DNA of 64,000 bases from Flavobacteriales bacterium. Lineage in GTDB: Bacteria; Bacteroidota; Bacteroidia; Flavobacteriales; UBA7312. The translations under genes were made by a program, and so were the position numbers. The DNA lies in assembly GCA_049890295.1 (NCBI GenBank), contig JBMHBP010000004.1:78851-142850 (forward strand). The letters run 5' to 3'. Shown piece after piece: positions 49,806-61,248 of this stretch (positions are counted from its first letter, which is position 1; every line of letters begins with the position of its first letter). The notes under the pieces are model-generated. The model was not told the DNA's origin, searched no databases, and saw nothing but the letters and a program-made list of their open reading frames with translations.

Positions 49806-50279
49806 ATGATAAGTTTAATAGGGACATACGAATGTAAAATCGATTCAAAAGGCAGGTTACTGTTGCCTTCTGTGTTGAAGAAGCAAATGCTGCCTGTGAT
49901 TGACAAAGGCTTTGTGTTAAAGCGTTCCGTATTTAGCAATTGCTTAGAACTACATCCTATACAAGAATGGAATATTATGATGAATGAGGTTAATAAGCTA
50001 AATCGGTTTGTCAAAAAAAATAATGACTTCATAAGATTATTTACTGCAGGTGTCAGAATGTTAGAAATTGATGCTAATTATCGATTGCAAATTCCTAAAG
50101 ACTTAGTTTCTTATGCGTCCATTTCTAAAAATATTGTGCTTTCCTGTTCTCTCAATATGATTGAGGTTTGGGATAAAGACTCGTATGAAAAAGAATTACA
50201 AGGTGCAGCATCTGATTTTGCTGACCTAGCCGAGGAGGTTATGGGTAACATTCAAAATGGTTCTGATGATGTATCATAA
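49806..50279 (+). CDS. mraZ: Transcriptional regulator MraZ
   Basis: GTYECKIDSKGR and second repeat D.NYR..IP...IEVWD; head of the dcw cluster. Start moved to 49806. Confidence 0.95.
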   Translation: MISLIGTYECKIDSKGRLLLPSVLKKQMLPVIDKGFVLKRSVFSNCLELHPIQEWNIMMNEVNKLNRFVKKNNDFIRLFTAGVRMLEIDANYRLQIPKDLVSYASISKNIVLSCSLNMIEVWDKDSYEKELQGAASDFADLAEEVMGNIQNGSDDVS

Positions 50280-51165
50280 TGCAGTATTATTGAACGAGTC
50301 TTTGGAGGGTTTGAACTTAAAACCAAATGGAATTTATGTTGATGTTACCTTCGGTGGAGGTGGTCATTCAAAAGAAATTATTAATAGGCTTGACAGTGGA
50401 AAGTTGTATGCTTTTGATCAGGATGATGATGCTCAATCAAATGCAATCAATGACACTCAATTCGTATTATTAAATCAAAACTTTAGGTATTTAAAAAAGG
50501 CGCTAAGGTTAGACGGTGTGACTGAAGTAGATGGTGTTTTAGCTGACTTAGGGGTTTCTTCACATCAGTTTGACACCTTTGAAAGAGGGTTTTCTATACG
50601 AGGGAATGGTGACTTAGATATGAGAATGAATTGTCAACAACAGCTTACCGCAAGTGTAGTAGTAAATGAGTATGAAATCGATGAGTTACATCGTGTTTTA
50701 AAGCAATATGGTGAATTGAAAAACGCCTATAATATCTCCAAAAAAATTATAGATAGTAGAGCAGTAAATCGAATTAATACTACTGAAGATCTTAAAAATG
50801 TTGTTAAATCCTTTGCATCGCCTCATAAACAAAATAAATTCTTTGCTCAATTATTCCAAGCAATTCGAATTGAGGTAAATGATGAAATTAATGCTTTGAA
50901 GGAGATGCTTCATCAGGCCGTTGAATTACTAAAGCTTGGGGGAAGACTATGTGTAATATCTTATCACTCACTTGAAGATAGATTGGTGAAGAACATTATA
51001 AAGTCAGGTAATTTCGAAGGAATAGTAGAAAAAGATTTTTTTGGTGTACCCCAGCTCAACTTAAAGGCCATTAATAAAAAGCCAATTGTTGCATCAACAA
51101 GCGAGCTTTCTCAAAATGTTAGATCAAGATCTGCAAAATTAAGAATTTGTGAAAAAGTAGCATGA
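50266..51165 (+). CDS. rsmH: 16S rRNA m4C1402 methyltransferase
   Basis: D.TFGGGGHS, DLGVSS.Q.D...RGFS, FQA.RIEVN.E, SYHSLEDR, RSRSAKLR. Confidence 0.97.
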   Translation: MMYHNAVLLNESLEGLNLKPNGIYVDVTFGGGGHSKEIINRLDSGKLYAFDQDDDAQSNAINDTQFVLLNQNFRYLKKALRLDGVTEVDGVLADLGVSSHQFDTFERGFSIRGNGDLDMRMNCQQQLTASVVVNEYEIDELHRVLKQYGELKNAYNISKKIIDSRAVNRINTTEDLKNVVKSFASPHKQNKFFAQLFQAIRIEVNDEINALKEMLHQAVELLKLGGRLCVISYHSLEDRLVKNIIKSGNFEGIVEKDFFGVPQLNLKAINKKPIVASTSELSQNVRSRSAKLRICEKVA

Positions 51166-51506
51166 AAGATCTAAATAAAACGTATCAACCTAAAAAGGGA
51201 TTTCAAAGTGGTTTTTCTGAAGTCATTAGTGGTAAAATTTTAGAAAAAGGTCTTTTTGAATTATTACCCTTCTCATTATATGTCTGCCTACTAATCGTCT
51301 TTTATATTAACAATTCCTATCAGACTGAAAAATATGTAAGAGATATCTCTTCGTTGGAAAGAGAAATTAAAGAACTAAGAGCGGAGTTTATTACAACCAA
51401 ATCTCAGTTAATGTATCAGAGTAAGCAAACTCAGGTAGAAGGTTTAGTAGTTGATCAAAACTTAACTAAAAGTAAGTCACAACCTTTTGTAATTCGAGTA
51501 AACTAA
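51162..51506 (+). CDS. ftsL: FtsL-like cell division protein
   Basis: Single TM plus coiled coil, between rsmH and ftsI. Confidence 0.8.
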   Translation: MKDLNKTYQPKKGFQSGFSEVISGKILEKGLFELLPFSLYVCLLIVFYINNSYQTEKYVRDISSLEREIKELRAEFITTKSQLMYQSKQTQVEGLVVDQNLTKSKSQPFVIRVN

Positions 51507-53593
51507 TGAATCGTGCCAATGACATAAAAAGACGAGCTGTAGCTATATATCTTTTTATGATTTTATTGGCGTTTGCAATTATTTTACGACCGCTTTACAC
51601 TCAGTTTTTCGAATCGCATTTATGGAATACTGAAAAGTACAACGTAACCCGTACAGTCAGCGTGGACGCTTCAAGAGGCAATATATATTCAGATGATTAT
51701 TCTTTGTTGGCTACTTCAATTCCAGAATACGAGTTAAGGTGGGATGCCAAGCAAGTAGAAAGTAGTTTTTTTGAACAAAACGTAGATTCACTTGCCTTTC
51801 AATTATCCACTCTTTTCAAAGATAAAAGCCCTTCTGAATATTCAACTCAATTACGAAAAATTTGGAAACAGAAAAAGCGATATGCCTTAATAAAACGAAA
51901 TGTAAATTACAACGAGTTGAAACAAGTCAAAAGATTTTCAATTTTTAAGGAAGGTCGATTTGATGGTGGTTTTAGATATATTCAATTAAATTCTAGAGAA
52001 AAACCATTCAAGGAAATAGCAAGCAGAACCATTGGCTATCATAATATAAATGCTAAATCTGTTGGAATCGAAGGTGCTTTTAACTTCGAACTTAAAGGAA
52101 GAGATGGAAAAAGATTAGAACAACGCTTGGCAGGTAATGAATGGATGCCAATTCGTGAAATTGAATCAAATCCTGGAAAAGATATTCTGACAACTATCGA
52201 TATCCGTTTTCAAGATATTGCTCACAAAGCATTGAAGGAAAGATTGATCTACCATCAGGCCGAATACGGAACAGTTGTTTTGATGGAAGTAAAAACCGGA
52301 GCAATTAAAGCCATTGTAAATCTTAAAAAAAACCAAGACAACTTTACTGAACAATATAACTATGCTATTGGTGAAAGTGTTGAACCAGGCTCAACTTTTA
52401 AGTTAGCATCAGTAATTGCAGGTTTAGAGGATGGGTATTTAAGCCTAGATGACTCGGTAAATACAACGGGGGGTAAGCATTTGTTTTATGACCGTATAAT
52501 GCGTGACTCTAAAGAGGGCGGTTATGGAACTATTACTCTAGATAAAGCCTTTTCAAAATCTTCCAATGTTGGTATTTCAAAATTAATCAACAAACATTAT
52601 TCTGATAATCCATCTGAATTTGTAGATAGATTATTCAGAATGGGTTTAAATGAGCCTTTAGGTTTATCGCTTTCTGGAGAACAAAAGCCAGCTATCAGGC
52701 ATCCCAAACAGTCAACTACATGGTCAGGAACTACTTTACCTTGGATGTCAATAGGGTATGGACTGAAATTAACTCCCATACAAATTTTGAGTTTTTATGC
52801 CGCCATTGCCAATGATGGAAAACGTATGAAACCCTATTTTGTTAGTGCCATTATGAATAATGGTATTGAAGAAAAAAGATTTACACCATACGTAATAAAT
52901 CCTTCAATCTGTTCAATGACCACTATAAAAGAAGTCAAAAGTATACTAGAAAAAGTAGTAGATGAACAAGGTGGTACAGCAAGAAATATAAAATCATCTC
53001 AGTACAAGATTGCAGGCAAAACAGCCACTACTCAATTATTAATTGATGGTGTATACTCTAGTGATAGACACATGGCTTCTTTTGTTGGCTACTTTCCGTC
53101 AGACAATCCAAAATATGCCTGTATTGTGATGATCAATGACCCCTTAGAAAATGGAAGTTATGGTGGTGATGTAGCTGCTCCAGTATTTAAAACCATTTCT
53201 GATTTTGTATACAATACAGATTTATCACTTCAAAAAAATAACTACAAAAACAATTTAAAAGCACCAGTTTCAAAAGATGGTTACAAAGCAGACTTAGCTG
53301 CGGTTTTCAACTCAATATCTATTGAAGTTTCTAGCGATAACCAAAATTCAGACTGGGTGTTGACAAGTGCAAAATATGATACTGTACAGTTTAGTACCAG
53401 AAATATTCAAAATGATCTGGATAATAATGTGATGCCAAATGTTAAAGGAATGGGAATTAGTGACGTTCTTTTTCTTCTTGAAAATTATGGTTTGAAAGTA
53501 AATTATATTGGAAGAGGAAGTGTGAAATCTCAATCTATAGGTAAAGGTGAGTCGATTAGAAAAGGGCAATACATAAATATTGAACTATCGTGA
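51506..53593 (+). CDS. ftsI: Class B PBP (PBP3) with C-terminal PASTA domain
   Basis: RG.I, EPGSTFK (SxxK), SSNVG (SxN), GKTAT (variant of KTG), MPNVKGM. Confidence 0.93.
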   Translation: MNRANDIKRRAVAIYLFMILLAFAIILRPLYTQFFESHLWNTEKYNVTRTVSVDASRGNIYSDDYSLLATSIPEYELRWDAKQVESSFFEQNVDSLAFQLSTLFKDKSPSEYSTQLRKIWKQKKRYALIKRNVNYNELKQVKRFSIFKEGRFDGGFRYIQLNSREKPFKEIASRTIGYHNINAKSVGIEGAFNFELKGRDGKRLEQRLAGNEWMPIREIESNPGKDILTTIDIRFQDIAHKALKERLIYHQAEYGTVVLMEVKTGAIKAIVNLKKNQDNFTEQYNYAIGESVEPGSTFKLASVIAGLEDGYLSLDDSVNTTGGKHLFYDRIMRDSKEGGYGTITLDKAFSKSSNVGISKLINKHYSDNPSEFVDRLFRMGLNEPLGLSLSGEQKPAIRHPKQSTTWSGTTLPWMSIGYGLKLTPIQILSFYAAIANDGKRMKPYFVSAIMNNGIEEKRFTPYVINPSICSMTTIKEVKSILEKVVDEQGGTARNIKSSQYKIAGKTATTQLLIDGVYSSDRHMASFVGYFPSDNPKYACIVMINDPLENGSYGGDVAAPVFKTISDFVYNTDLSLQKNNYKNNLKAPVSKDGYKADLAAVFNSISIEVSSDNQNSDWVLTSAKYDTVQFSTRNIQNDLDNNVMPNVKGMGISDVLFLLENYGLKVNYIGRGSVKSQSIGKGESIRKGQYINIELS

Positions 53594-55044
53594 AAGTATT
53601 AAACGATATATTATTTGGTGAAAACCTACTAGAAATAGTAGGGTCAAAAGATGTAGCTATCAGTCAGATTTGTTTTGACTCACGAACAATCAGTTCAGAT
53701 TGCTTATTTGTAGCAGTGAAAGGTACGCAAACCGATGGTCATCGCTACATACAGCAAGCTGTCGAGCAAGGGGCGTCAGCCATTGTCGCTGAAGAATTAC
53801 CTACTCATCTTTCAGAGAAGGTTACCTATGTTAAAGTAAAAAATAGTTCACAGAGTTTAGGTCTGATTGCGTCTAACTTTTTTGGAAAACCCTCTGAAAA
53901 AATTAAAATTGTTGCCGTAACTGGTACAAATGGAAAAACGTCAATAGCATCTTTACTTCATCAATATTATCAGTCATTAGGGGTGAAGGTTGGACTACTT
54001 TCAACAATAGAAAATAAAATTTCACAGAAGAGTATTACGTCAACACATACCACTCCAGATGCTATTAGTATTAATTCACTTTTAAATCTGATGGTAGAAA
54101 AAGGGTGTGAGTATTGCTTTATGGAGGCAAGTTCACATGCCATTCATCAGAATAGAGTTTATGGTCTTAAACTAAGTGGTGCGATTTTCACTAACCTTAG
54201 TCACGATCATTTAGATTATCATAAAACTTTTGATGAGTATATTTTGGCCAAAAAAGCACTATTTGATTATCTAGATGATAATGCCTTTGCATTAGTTAAT
54301 AAAGATGATCGACATGCCCAAATGATGTTACATCATTGTTCCGCCAAACCCTATACATACGCACTAAAGTCATCTGCAGATTTTAAAGCTAAAATTCTAG
54401 AATCTCGATTTGATGGTACATTAATTAATATCAATAATCATGAAGTTTGGACTAGGCTAATTGGTGAATTTAACATCTATAATTTATTAGCTATCTATTC
54501 CGTAGTTACCCTTTTGGGCGAAGAACAACAACAAGCACTTACCACAGTAAGTATGCTAAATAGTGCTGAAGGCAGATTCGATTTATGTCGTTCTGTTGAC
54601 GGAAAAATAGGAATCGTAGATTACGCACATACTCCTGACGCCTTATTAAATGTAATTTCTACCATAAATGATATTAAAAAATCTCAGCAGTTAATTACTG
54701 TTTTTGGTTGTGGTGGCGATAGAGATAAAGCAAAGCGAGCTAAAATGGGGTTAATTGCCTCTAAACTTAGTGAAAAAGTCATCATAACCAATGATAATCC
54801 ACGTTCTGAAAACCCAGATGATATAATCAAAGATATTCTTTCTGGTGTTGAGCAAAACAATCTTAAAAAAGTACTTACGATTACTGATAGAAAATCAGCA
54901 ATTAAAACGGCCTGTTCACTAGCTCAAGAAATGGATATTGTGCTCATTGCAGGTAAGGGGCATGAAAAGTACCAAGAAATCAATGGTGATAGACTTCCAT
55001 TTGACGATAAAGAAGAATTAATAAACACTTTTAATCAACTATAA
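53590..55044 (+). CDS. murE: UDP-MurNAc-tripeptide synthetase (meso-DAP type)
   Basis: [31 protein letters not shown]. Confidence 0.97.
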   Translation: MKVLNDILFGENLLEIVGSKDVAISQICFDSRTISSDCLFVAVKGTQTDGHRYIQQAVEQGASAIVAEELPTHLSEKVTYVKVKNSSQSLGLIASNFFGKPSEKIKIVAVTGTNGKTSIASLLHQYYQSLGVKVGLLSTIENKISQKSITSTHTTPDAISINSLLNLMVEKGCEYCFMEASSHAIHQNRVYGLKLSGAIFTNLSHDHLDYHKTFDEYILAKKALFDYLDDNAFALVNKDDRHAQMMLHHCSAKPYTYALKSSADFKAKILESRFDGTLININNHEVWTRLIGEFNIYNLLAIYSVVTLLGEEQQQALTTVSMLNSAEGRFDLCRSVDGKIGIVDYAHTPDALLNVISTINDIKKSQQLITVFGCGGDRDKAKRAKMGLIASKLSEKVIITNDNPRSENPDDIIKDILSGVEQNNLKKVLTITDRKSAIKTACSLAQEMDIVLIAGKGHEKYQEINGDRLPFDDKEELINTFNQL

Positions 55045-55051
55045 GAATAAG

Positions 55052-56266
55052 ATGCTCTATTATTTATTTGAATATCTACAATCAACGTATGATCTACCAG
55101 GAGCAGGAGTATTTCAATACATTTCATTTCGGGCTGCCATGGCAGTGATAACTTCATTATTAGTGTCATTAGTTTTTGGTCACAGAATAATTTCATTTAT
55201 TAGAAGCCTGCAAATAGGTGAAGAAGTAAGAAGCTTAGGACTTCAGGGTGAAGATCAGAAAAAAGGAACACCAACCATGGGTGGGTTAATTATCATAGCC
55301 GCTATTTTATTACCAACTCTACTCTTCGCTAAATTATCTAATATCTATATACTTATGATGATAGTCTCCACTATTTGGTTAGGAGTAATAGGTTTTATTG
55401 ACGATTATATCAAAGTATTTAAAAAGGATAAAGAAGGTTTAGCCGGAAGATTTAAAATCATTGGACAAGTAGGATTAGGGCTTCTTATAGGCTTTACTTT
55501 TTATTTCCACGACGGTATTACCTTAAAAGAAGAAATTAGAACAGAGTCTAGAATTGAGGGAGAAGCAGTCTTTGGGGACGAAAAAAAATCCCTTAAAACA
55601 ACCATTCCGTTTGTCAAAAACAATGAGTTTGATTATTCCAGAATTGTTAGTTGGTTGAGCGATGGTGCTGTAAAATACAGTTGGATAGTGTTTGTTTTAG
55701 TAGTCATTTTTATAATTACGGCAGTTAGTAATGGTGCTAATATGACAGACGGATTAGATGGTCTCGCTACCGGAACGTCAGCCATAATTGGCACCACATT
55801 AGGAATACTGGCTTATGTATCAGGTAATGTTTTTTTTGCTGATTACTTAAACATAATGTATTTGCCCAATTCTGGTGAACTCGTAATATATATGGCCTCA
55901 TTTGTTGGGGCTTGTGTAGGGTTCATGTGGTACAACTCTTATCCAGCACAAGTATTTATGGGTGATACAGGTAGTCTAGCACTAGGAGGAATAATAGCAG
56001 TATTTGCCATTGCCATTCGAAAAGAATTATTAATTCCTGTTTTATGTGGAATATTCTTAGTAGAAAATCTATCGGTAATGATACAGGTAGGATACTTCAA
56101 GTACACCAAGAAAAAATACGGTGAGGGTAGACGCATTTTTAAGATGGCACCCTTACATCATCATTATCAAAAATTAGGTATTCACGAGAGTAAGATTGTA
56201 ACCCGTTTTTGGATAGTTGGCGTCATGCTAGCAATACTAACAATTGTAACACTTAAACTGCGATAA
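55052..56266 (+). CDS. mraY: Phospho-MurNAc-pentapeptide transferase
   Basis: [31 protein letters not shown]. Confidence 0.98.
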   Translation: MLYYLFEYLQSTYDLPGAGVFQYISFRAAMAVITSLLVSLVFGHRIISFIRSLQIGEEVRSLGLQGEDQKKGTPTMGGLIIIAAILLPTLLFAKLSNIYILMMIVSTIWLGVIGFIDDYIKVFKKDKEGLAGRFKIIGQVGLGLLIGFTFYFHDGITLKEEIRTESRIEGEAVFGDEKKSLKTTIPFVKNNEFDYSRIVSWLSDGAVKYSWIVFVLVVIFIITAVSNGANMTDGLDGLATGTSAIIGTTLGILAYVSGNVFFADYLNIMYLPNSGELVIYMASFVGACVGFMWYNSYPAQVFMGDTGSLALGGIIAVFAIAIRKELLIPVLCGIFLVENLSVMIQVGYFKYTKKKYGEGRRIFKMAPLHHHYQKLGIHESKIVTRFWIVGVMLAILTIVTLKLR

Positions 56267-57591
56267 TGAATAAAATAGTTGTGCTTGGTGGAGGTGAAAG
56301 TGGCTGTGGAGCTGCCGTCTTAGCACAACAAAAAGGTTATAAAGTATTTCTTTCAGATAACGGAAAAATCAAAGAGAAATATAAAAACGTTCTTTTACAT
56401 AATAAGATTGAATTTGAGGAAAACAAACATTCTGATGATTTATTTCAGGATGCAGAATTAGTCGTTAAAAGCCCAGGTATTCCAGATACTATACCAATAA
56501 TAAAAGAGGTATTTGATATGGGTATTCCAGTTATTTCCGAAATAGAATTCGCTGCAAAGTTTACTGATGCCATTTTAATAGGAATTACAGGTAGTAACGG
56601 TAAAACAACTACCACACTTATGTTAGGGCATATTTTGAAAAATGCAGGTTTCAATGTAGCAGTAGCTGGAAACATAGGTGAAAGTTTTGCAATGCAAGTA
56701 GCCAAGGAACATTTTGACTATTACGTTTTGGAGTTAAGTAGTTTTCAATTGGACGGGATAGACAAATTCAAACCTCATATAGCTATTATTCTAAATATTA
56801 CTCCAGATCACCTAGATAGATATGGTAATAGTATGAAAAATTATATTCAATCCAAACAAAAAATAACACTAAATCAGAGCAGTGAGGATTACATAATCTT
56901 CTGTGATGATGATGAAAATATAACACACAGTTTAAAAACTAAGGCACAACGATTACCATTTTCAATAAAGAAGAAACTAAGAGTTGGAGCCTACTTAGAT
57001 GAAGATATTATAAAATTAAATATTAATGAAAAATCATTTATTATGAATATTCAGCAATTAGCCCTACAGGGTAAACACAACATTTACAATTCAATGGCTG
57101 CCTCTATTGCAGCACGAATTTTAGATCTGAAAAAAGATATAATTCGTGAGAGTCTGATAGATTTTAAAAATGTAGAACATAGACTAGAACGAGTTATAAA
57201 AGTGCACGGTATTGAGTTTATTAATGACTCAAAAGCTACAAATGTAAATTCAAGCTGGTATGCCCTAGAAAGTATGACAAAAGATACTGTTTGGATAGTC
57301 GGCGGTGTAGATAAGGGAAACGATTACACTTCATTATTACCACTGATTGAAGAAAAAGTTAAAGCTATCGTTTGTTTAGGAAAAAATATACAACCGTTAA
57401 AAAATGCATTTGAAGGACTCGGGATTGACATGTATTTCGCTACAAATATGAAAGAAGCCGTCAACTTATCATATTCAAATGCAAATAAAGGAGATGCTGT
57501 TCTTCTTTCCCCTGCATGTGCCAGTTTTGATTTGTTTGAAAACTATGAACACAGAGGTCATGAGTTTAAATCTATGGTAAGAACACTATAA
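56266..57591 (+). CDS. murD: UDP-MurNAc-L-Ala--D-Glu ligase
   Basis: KSPGI, GSNGKTT, ELSSFQL, DHLDRY, NDSKATN, SPACASFD. Confidence 0.97.
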   Translation: MNKIVVLGGGESGCGAAVLAQQKGYKVFLSDNGKIKEKYKNVLLHNKIEFEENKHSDDLFQDAELVVKSPGIPDTIPIIKEVFDMGIPVISEIEFAAKFTDAILIGITGSNGKTTTTLMLGHILKNAGFNVAVAGNIGESFAMQVAKEHFDYYVLELSSFQLDGIDKFKPHIAIILNITPDHLDRYGNSMKNYIQSKQKITLNQSSEDYIIFCDDDENITHSLKTKAQRLPFSIKKKLRVGAYLDEDIIKLNINEKSFIMNIQQLALQGKHNIYNSMAASIAARILDLKKDIIRESLIDFKNVEHRLERVIKVHGIEFINDSKATNVNSSWYALESMTKDTVWIVGGVDKGNDYTSLLPLIEEKVKAIVCLGKNIQPLKNAFEGLGIDMYFATNMKEAVNLSYSNANKGDAVLLSPACASFDLFENYEHRGHEFKSMVRTL

Positions 57592-57594
57592 TAG

Positions 57595-58761
57595 ATGCGT
57601 TTTTTAAATAAATACATCAATTTAGAAGGAGACACCCGTATTTGGGCAGTTGTTTTCTTTCTAATTTTTGTCTCTATAGTTGTAGTTTATAGTGCCACAG
57701 GAGGTTTGGCATATACTAGCTATGGTGGCAATACTTGGTATTTATTTTTTAAACATTGTAGATTTTTAGTACTAGGTTTATTTATGATGTATATCATTCA
57801 CAAATTACCTCATAAATACTTTGCTAAATTGGGTCAGTTAGGGTTTATTATTACGATACCCATTTTGTTATATACGGTATTATTTGGCACTTCGTTAAAT
57901 GACGCTAATCGCTGGATAACTATTGGCGATATGCCGATAAATACCTTTGAAATAGGTAAAATAGCTATAACTGTTTTTTTGGCTCGACAACTGGTCAAAA
58001 ACCAAGACGCAATTAGCGACTTTAAAACCGTTTGTTGGAAGCTATTTGCTCCACTGTTACTGGTTTGTGCTATTATTTTTCCAGCAAATTTTTCAACGGC
58101 TGCAATGGTATTTATTGCAAATTTAATGTTACTCTACTTAGGCGGTGTTCCATTCAGATATTTGTTCTTGTTACTGACTGGAATAGTTGCTTTAGGCACT
58201 ATTGTTATTAGCTTATCATTAACTGTTCCTTCTTTACAAAAACAATTCCCAAGAGCAAAAACATGGGTCAATAGAATTAAAAACTATTCTGGTGATAAAA
58301 TCGAAAATAGTGATGCATCCTTTCAAGTTACACACGCTAAGATTGCCATAGTTAATGGAGGTATAAAGGGTAGAGGCCCAGGAAAAAGCACTCAACGGAA
58401 TGTTTTACCATTACCAAATTCAGATTATGTTTATGCCATTCTAATTGAAGAATGGGGAGTGTTGGGTGGATTTACAGTAGTTTTTGCCTACGTAGTATTA
58501 CTCTTACGGGGTAAACGAATATTTAACCTATCATCAGATCCTTTGGGTGCTTACTTAGCGGCTGGACTAACGATTTCCTTAGTGTTTCAAGCCTTTATAA
58601 ATATGGCCGTTGCTGTGAATTTATTTCCTGTAACTGGTCAAACCTTGCCTCTAATAAGTATGGGGGGCGTTTCAGTAATTTTTACGTGTATTTCTTTAGG
58701 AATAATATTAAGCACAAGTAAAAGTATTAACACTTCAAAAATTCAAGCCCATGTCAGTTAA
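57595..58761 (+). CDS. ftsW: SEDS peptidoglycan glycosyltransferase
   Basis: Multi-TM, A.RWI, GG..GRGPG.S, SDYVYA...EE.G, PVTGQTLPLIS.GG. Confidence 0.94.
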   Translation: MRFLNKYINLEGDTRIWAVVFFLIFVSIVVVYSATGGLAYTSYGGNTWYLFFKHCRFLVLGLFMMYIIHKLPHKYFAKLGQLGFIITIPILLYTVLFGTSLNDANRWITIGDMPINTFEIGKIAITVFLARQLVKNQDAISDFKTVCWKLFAPLLLVCAIIFPANFSTAAMVFIANLMLLYLGGVPFRYLFLLLTGIVALGTIVISLSLTVPSLQKQFPRAKTWVNRIKNYSGDKIENSDASFQVTHAKIAIVNGGIKGRGPGKSTQRNVLPLPNSDYVYAILIEEWGVLGGFTVVFAYVVLLLRGKRIFNLSSDPLGAYLAAGLTISLVFQAFINMAVAVNLFPVTGQTLPLISMGGVSVIFTCISLGIILSTSKSINTSKIQAHVS

Positions 58762-59848
58762 AGTTATCATAAGTGGCGGCGGCACAGGAGGGCATATCTT
58801 TCCTGCAATTTCAATAGCAAATGAGTTAAAAGAAAGGATAGCTGATATAGATATATTGTTTGTTGGAGCAAAAGGTAGAATGGAAATGGAAAAAGTGCCA
58901 AAAGCAGGTTATTCAATTCTAGGATTAGATATCAATGGTCTACAAAGAAATTGGCGTGATAAACGAAATTTAATATTCCCTTTTAAGCTTATCAAAAGCT
59001 TATGGGATTCCTATAAAATTGTCAAGTCATTTAAACCTAACCTAGTCATCGGTACAGGTGGTTATGCTAGCGGACCAATGTTGTATGTAGCTTCACGCTT
59101 GTCAATCCCAGCACTCATTCAAGAGCAAAATTCTTATGCAGGAATAACTAATAAATTATTAGCAAAATATGTTGATACTATTTGTGTAGCTTATGAGAAA
59201 ATGGAAAATTTCTTCCCACAAGAAAAAATTCGCCTCTTAGGCAATCCAATTAGACAAGATTTATTGCTCAATGATGAAAAAAAGCAAAAAGCCTACCAGT
59301 TTTTCAAGTTAGATGAATCAAAGCCAGTAATAGTAGTAGTTGGTGGTAGTTTAGGGGCAAGAACTATTAATCATTGTATAGCACTATTACTTGATAAAAT
59401 TGAACAAAATGATCTGCAATTAATCTGGCAAACAGGACTGTCATATTATGAAACAGCTTCAAAAATGTGTAACGATAGACCAACTCTAATCTGTCAAGCA
59501 TTCATATACGAAATGGATTTATTGTATAGTGTGGCAGATGTTATAATTTCTAGAGCAGGTGCTAGTACTATTTCAGAACTATGTATGGTAGGAAAACCTA
59601 CTATATTGATACCCTCTCCAAATGTTGCTGAAGACCATCAGACCAAAAATGCAATGGCATTGGTAAATTCAAATGCAGCTTTGATTGTAACAGATTCTTT
59701 AGCAAAAGAACAATTAGGAAATTGTCTATTTGATTTGCTAAATGATGATGACAAACGAGATAATTTGTCTAAAAATATCAAATCATTAGCTATTGATAAC
59801 TCCGCCACATTAATTGTAGATGAGGTTGAAAAACTCTTACATCTATGA
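58751..59848 (+). CDS. murG: Lipid I GlcNAc transferase
   Basis: GGGTGGHIFP, GGYAS, EQN, GNP.R, GGSLGA, SRAGA, HQ..NA. Confidence 0.97.
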   Translation: MSVKVIISGGGTGGHIFPAISIANELKERIADIDILFVGAKGRMEMEKVPKAGYSILGLDINGLQRNWRDKRNLIFPFKLIKSLWDSYKIVKSFKPNLVIGTGGYASGPMLYVASRLSIPALIQEQNSYAGITNKLLAKYVDTICVAYEKMENFFPQEKIRLLGNPIRQDLLLNDEKKQKAYQFFKLDESKPVIVVVGGSLGARTINHCIALLLDKIEQNDLQLIWQTGLSYYETASKMCNDRPTLICQAFIYEMDLLYSVADVIISRAGASTISELCMVGKPTILIPSPNVAEDHQTKNAMALVNSNAALIVTDSLAKEQLGNCLFDLLNDDDKRDNLSKNIKSLAIDNSATLIVDEVEKLLHL

Positions 59849-61248
59849 ATATAAATACTATTAAAATATATTATTTCATTGGTATTGGAGGAATAGGTAT
59901 GTCAGCCTTAGCACGGTATTTACATGCTAAAGGTTTTAAGGTTTGTGGTTATGATAAAACACCATCACTTTTAACCAATCAATTACAATCTGAGGGAATA
60001 GATGTTCATTTTGACAGAGATTACATACCAGAATTTATTAAAGTTGAAAAGCCACATGCTGTATTAGTTGTTTATACACCAGCTGTAAGTCTAGATAATC
60101 CACAATTATTATTTTTCAATTCAAAGAAATGGAATGTTTTAAAGCGTGCTGAATTATTAGGAATAATAACTGAAGATGCTTACACAATAGCAATTTCAGG
60201 CACACATGGCAAAACAACTACATCCTGTATTCTGGCACATATTTTACAGCATTCTAATATTGATTGTACTGCATTTTTAGGTGGAATTAGTACTAATCAT
60301 AATTCAAATCTATTATTATCAAAAACAGGCAATATTGTCATTGTTGAAGCCGATGAATATGACAAATCTTTTCTTAAGCTTGTTCCAGATATAACCGTAG
60401 TAACATCGGTAGATCCAGATCATATGGATATCTACGAAAATGAAAACGATTTAAAAGAAACCTTCAAGCTTTTTGTTAAAAATGTTAAAAATAAGGGGTT
60501 GTTATTGACAAATAAGTTAATAGACATAGATTTTGAAGTCGGTTCAGATGTTGCTAAAATGACATATTCCTCAAAGGTTAAAGCAGATAATTACGCTATT
60601 AATCTCAAAATACAAGAAGGCAATCAACAGTTTGATGCTCATATTATAGATATTATGCCAGGTCAGGTATTTGAATGTGAATTAAAGAATATTCAACTTA
60701 ACTTACCAGGAGTTCATAACGTAGAAAACACATTAGCAGCTATAGTAGTTGCTAGTTATTTAGGAGCTAAAACTGAAGATATAAAGGCCGCTATCACCAG
60801 CTTTGAAGGTGTTAAAAGAAGGTTTGAATTTCATGCAAAAGGTCATAATATATATATAGATGATTACGCCCATCATCCTGAAGAAGTCAAGGTCACTATA
60901 CTAGCAACAAAGCAATTATATCCTGATAAAAAAATAACTGTAGTCTTTCAGCCTCATTTATTTTCTCGAACAAGGGATTTTGCTAATGAATTTGGTAAAT
61001 CATTATCACTAGCAGATGAGGTAATACTTTTAGACATCTATCCAGCACGTGAAGAGCCCATTCAAGGAGTAAATTCCGAAATGTTACTAAGTAAAATAGT
61101 GAAAGATGAAAAATATATAGCTAAAAAAGAATCTCTCTTAGAAGATTTAATTACACCTAAAAGAGAGGTGCTTCTCACTCTAGGAGCGGGAGATATTGAC
61201 CGATTTGTTGAACCACTAAAATTACATTATGCAGAGCAAGTGGTTTAA
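59845..61248 (+). CDS. murC: UDP-MurNAc--L-Ala ligase
   Basis: GIGGIGMS, GTHGKTTT, EADE, DDYAHHP, FQPH.FSRT. Confidence 0.97.
   Translation: MNINTIKIYYFIGIGGIGMSALARYLHAKGFKVCGYDKTPSLLTNQLQSEGIDVHFDRDYIPEFIKVEKPHAVLVVYTPAVSLDNPQLLFFNSKKWNVLKRAELLGIITEDAYTIAISGTHGKTTTSCILAHILQHSNIDCTAFLGGISTNHNSNLLLSKTGNIVIVEADEYDKSFLKLVPDITVVTSVDPDHMDIYENENDLKETFKLFVKNVKNKGLLLTNKLIDIDFEVGSDVAKMTYSSKVKADNYAINLKIQEGNQQFDAHIIDIMPGQVFECELKNIQLNLPGVHNVENTLAAIVVASYLGAKTEDIKAAITSFEGVKRRFEFHAKGHNIYIDDYAHHPEEVKVTILATKQLYPDKKITVVFQPHLFSRTRDFANEFGKSLSLADEVILLDIYPAREEPIQGVNSEMLLSKIVKDEKYIAKKESLLEDLITPKREVLLTLGAGDIDRFVEPLKLHYAEQVV

Noticed and set aside
53590-56266. murF and ddl missing from the dcw cluster
   Set aside because: Normal for Bacteroidota, where these genes lie elsewhere.
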